Shown here piece by piece: positions 61,449 through 64,000 of a DNA stretch of 64,000 bases (within the stretch, counting starts at the first letter, position 1; each line of letters starts with the position of its first letter). The stretch comes from Lepidodermella squamata (lineage: Eukaryota; Animalia; Gastrotricha). Under the pieces are notes generated by a model. It did not search any database, was not told where the DNA came from, and saw only the letters and a program-made list of their open reading frames with translations. Made by a program: the position numbers and the translations under genes. The DNA lies in the NCBI GenBank assembly GCA_047495785.1, contig JBLDXI010000025.1, positions 930,001-994,000 of the forward strand. The letters run 5' to 3'.

Positions 61449-61612
61449 CGCAGATGAAATAGCTGGTGCAAAATTCAGGTTCAACATTTTACAGTGCTAA
61501 TTGCGCATAAACCTTTATTTTGCATTCCAAAGCAGCTAATAACAACAACCAAACTATGAGAAAATAATCAACATTAGACTTATTGCCGAAGCTTAATGGC
61601 TACTTCTGCATC
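61449..61612 (-). repeat. Orphan copy of the PAN-gene 3' flank
   Basis: Matches 52380-52540 and 56180-56310 (GCAGATG...CCTTTATTT...AAAGCAGCTAA) but has no adjacent CDS. Confidence 0.6.
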
Positions 61613-62096
61613 TGAATGGTCTCCTCGGGATTGAAAAATAAATATAAATAAAAATAGCGGGATTGAAAATTTCAGTGAAATCAGTCACTGATGGGAAATA
61701 TCAGGCCTTAGAATATCATGTGGTTGCCGATTTTCAGATTCTTTCCTTGATTTGATGGAAATTTAAAAAATTCGATTTTTTGATTGGCTGAAAAATGTTC
61801 CGCCGTGAAAGGGTTAATGATGAAATGCGAAACAAAGTTTGTTCTTGAAATCAATGTCAAGTTCAATTTTTTAATAAATTTCCGAATTATTTGATCGAAA
61901 AATTCTTTGTCATAGCATCTGAGGCCTGTTTGGATTCTTCTAATTTTTTTAATTTTAAATTCAAATTTATTTATTTTTAATTTCAAATTCAAATTTGATT
62001 GGTTTATTTCAAGAGAGAGATACCGATTTATTGGTGGTCTGCGTTACATAATTCTTAGTAACATTGCCTTTAAGACACAGAGATATGAATTAATTA

Positions 62097-62541
62097 CCAT
62101 ATATACCGGAATATAAAGGACTCCCTACTATTTTTTTCAAACTGTCCGAAAACCCCTCTCTTCAATTCAGGGCCTCTCTTTTATTTAGGGCCTCCCTATT
62201 ATTTTTTCTTCGCCCCGAACAAACCCGAGGTATCACTGAAAATGCCGCTAATCACCATCAAAAGAGAGGATTTTCATGGCGATAATGCCTCACACCAGGT
62301 AGTCGGGCCACTTATCCCTCAAGTTTCGCTTAAGCTGTATGCAAACAAGATTAAGAGGGATTAAGGTGAACAGCTAATTTGTACCCGCGCACGCATTTCA
62401 GAGTGGCGTCAAGAGTGTTGGTAGCTGACCCTCTCTACAATTTAGGTCCTCCCTTTAATTATTTCAAATGCCTCGTAACCCTCTCTACTAAATAGGTCCT
62501 CCCTTCTAATTAGGTCCTCACTTATAATCCGGTATATACGG
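62097..62541. mobile_element. Pogo-like MITE with TA flanks
   Basis: TA-CCATATATACCGGAATATAA...TTATAATCCGGTATATACGG-TA with internal GG(T)CCTCCC repeats. Confidence 0.7.
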
Positions 62542-63324
62542 TAACTTCAGTATAGATGATATTTCTTAATAATAAGTATTGGTTATTTATCGTTGGTTGG
62601 AATATAGATGGTGGTGAAGAATTCGAATACTGTCTTTGAGGGCCTGTGAAGCGATATCGATGGCTGTGCCGGCGTTGATTCCATAATCGCAATTTTATAA
62701 ATTCAATTTTAATTTTCAATTTTCAATTTTATTATTTTTTAACCTCAATTAATTTGTGTTACTTTTTTATTTACGGAGAATTTTCAGAGGTTTTTGACCT
62801 TCAATATTTTTTTTTAATTTTAAGAATTGCATAACTCTGTACTATTTTTATTCTATTTATTCTCTCTTTTTCGTTCATTTTAGGTGAGGAATCTGATATT
62901 GTCATTGCGTCTCTAGTTCGCAGTAACGACAAGGGCTCGATCGGTTTCGTCGGCCAGCCGCAACGCGTCAACGTTATGTTGTCCCGCGCCCGGCTCGGCA
63001 TGATCCTAATCGGCAACAAAAACACCCTGGAAACGTCGAAAGACCGCCAAGCCAACAAACCATGGCCTAAATTGTTGAAAATGCTCGACGAGAAAAAGGC
63101 GATTTACCCGGGTTTCCCGGGTAAATTGACTGAATCTATTGAAAAATGGAAAAATCTTGACGAAAATGAACGAAAAAATGAGCTCAATCCGCAACACAAC
63201 AGCGAGCGAGAGGCGCGTGAAAGGCAATTTCGACTCATGCGGGAAGAGACGAAGCGGCAAATGGATGAAATGCAACGCATCGAGCTGGAGCGTAAACTCC
63301 TCGAAGAAGAAATGCAGCACATGG

Positions 63325-63530
63325 AACAGGAACGAAAACGCCGTGAAGCAGAACTGAAGCGCGTGGAACAGGAGAGAAAACGGCGCGAAGCAGAGCGGAA
63401 GCGCATGGAGCAGGAGCAAAAGCGCCGCGACGCAGAATTGAAACGAATCGAGCTTGAACGAAAACGCCGCGAAGAAGAACTAAAGCGCGTGGAACAGGAA
63501 CGAAAACGACGCGAGGACGAGTTGAACCGC
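63325..63530 (+). repeat. Coding tandem repeat, 42-bp / 14-aa unit ([14 protein letters not shown]), ~5 copies
   Basis: Visible in ORF 62976-63686; codons differ between units. Confidence 0.85.
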
Positions 63531-64000
63531 ATGCGAGAAGAGCGCAGGAAAGAAGCGCAGGCTCAGCAGAAATTGCGAGACATGGGCCTGTGCCCGGCTA
63601 ATTACATATGGCTGCGAGTGGGTGGCGGGTACCGCTGCGCCGGTGGATCGCACTTTATGACCATGGGCCAACTTGGCATGAACTGAATTATTGAAAGCAA
63701 CATACTTATTTTTGCCAATTACCTGGAAATCAAGAAAACGAACTGATTAAAGACTGCGAAACAATCAAGTCAACTCAATTACGTGCAAGTGATTTCTCTG
63801 TATTTTTCTCTTTGTTGAAAATAAACTCAGCATATAATCATATTCAATAAACCAATTCGGCTGCATTTTATTGGATTTTTTTTAATTTCAGCTTTTTTTA
63901 GTTCACTTACACAGAAAGCTGTACGATTGCTGCTAGGCAATGCAGGCATTGTAGGCCGGGTTTGCAGGGTCAAAGTACAACCCTAAAAATTGCGCGCGCG

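Larger units (their letters stand above)
50347..63686 (+). pseudogene. ZNFX1-like helicase paralog 3, helicase core disrupted
   Basis: Exons 50347-50477 (RG-rich), 54229-55163, 58583-~59631 (frameshifts near 59045 and 59324; QGPPGAGKS), 62884-63686 ([14 protein letters not shown]...[10 protein letters not shown], coiled coil, CPANYIW...[11 protein letters not shown]). No sequence for motifs II-V found between 59631 and 62884. Confidence 0.75.

Overview
Intron-containing eukaryotic genomic DNA, most likely an invertebrate animal (TRIM-type RING/B-box/coiled-coil gene, stefin-fold cystatin, Penelope and CR1/L2-type retroelement remnants). All gene models were built by hand from ORF frames and splice-site phase. 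The core of the window is three paralogous ZNFX1/UPF1-like SF1 RNA-helicase genes with different C-termini. (1) An intact 8-exon minus-strand gene (40592-21011, ~2655 aa) fuses the helicase to three CbxX/SpoVK-type AAA+ modules and a C-terminal CPxG...GGYRCxGGSH motif, an architecture known to me mainly from fungi and other microbial eukaryotes. (2) An intact 4-exon plus-strand gene (45427-50192, ~1437 aa) ends in Cys/His repeats. (3) A damaged plus-strand copy (50347-63686) could still give an in-frame, helicase-dead product by exon skipping. Around and inside these lie a RING-B-box-coiled-coil-ankyrin gene (11585-2474), four ~100-aa secreted PAN/apple-like genes with variable mature domains (two nested antisense in introns, one with an apparently new intron made of an inverted-repeat element), a signal-peptide stefin with an altered inhibitory loop, and many transposon remnants (MULE, hAT, Harbinger, piggyBac, Penelope, LINE, MITEs, repeated tyrosine-recombinase-like fragments). 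The locus is a candidate innate/antiviral defence cluster; that reading is inference.
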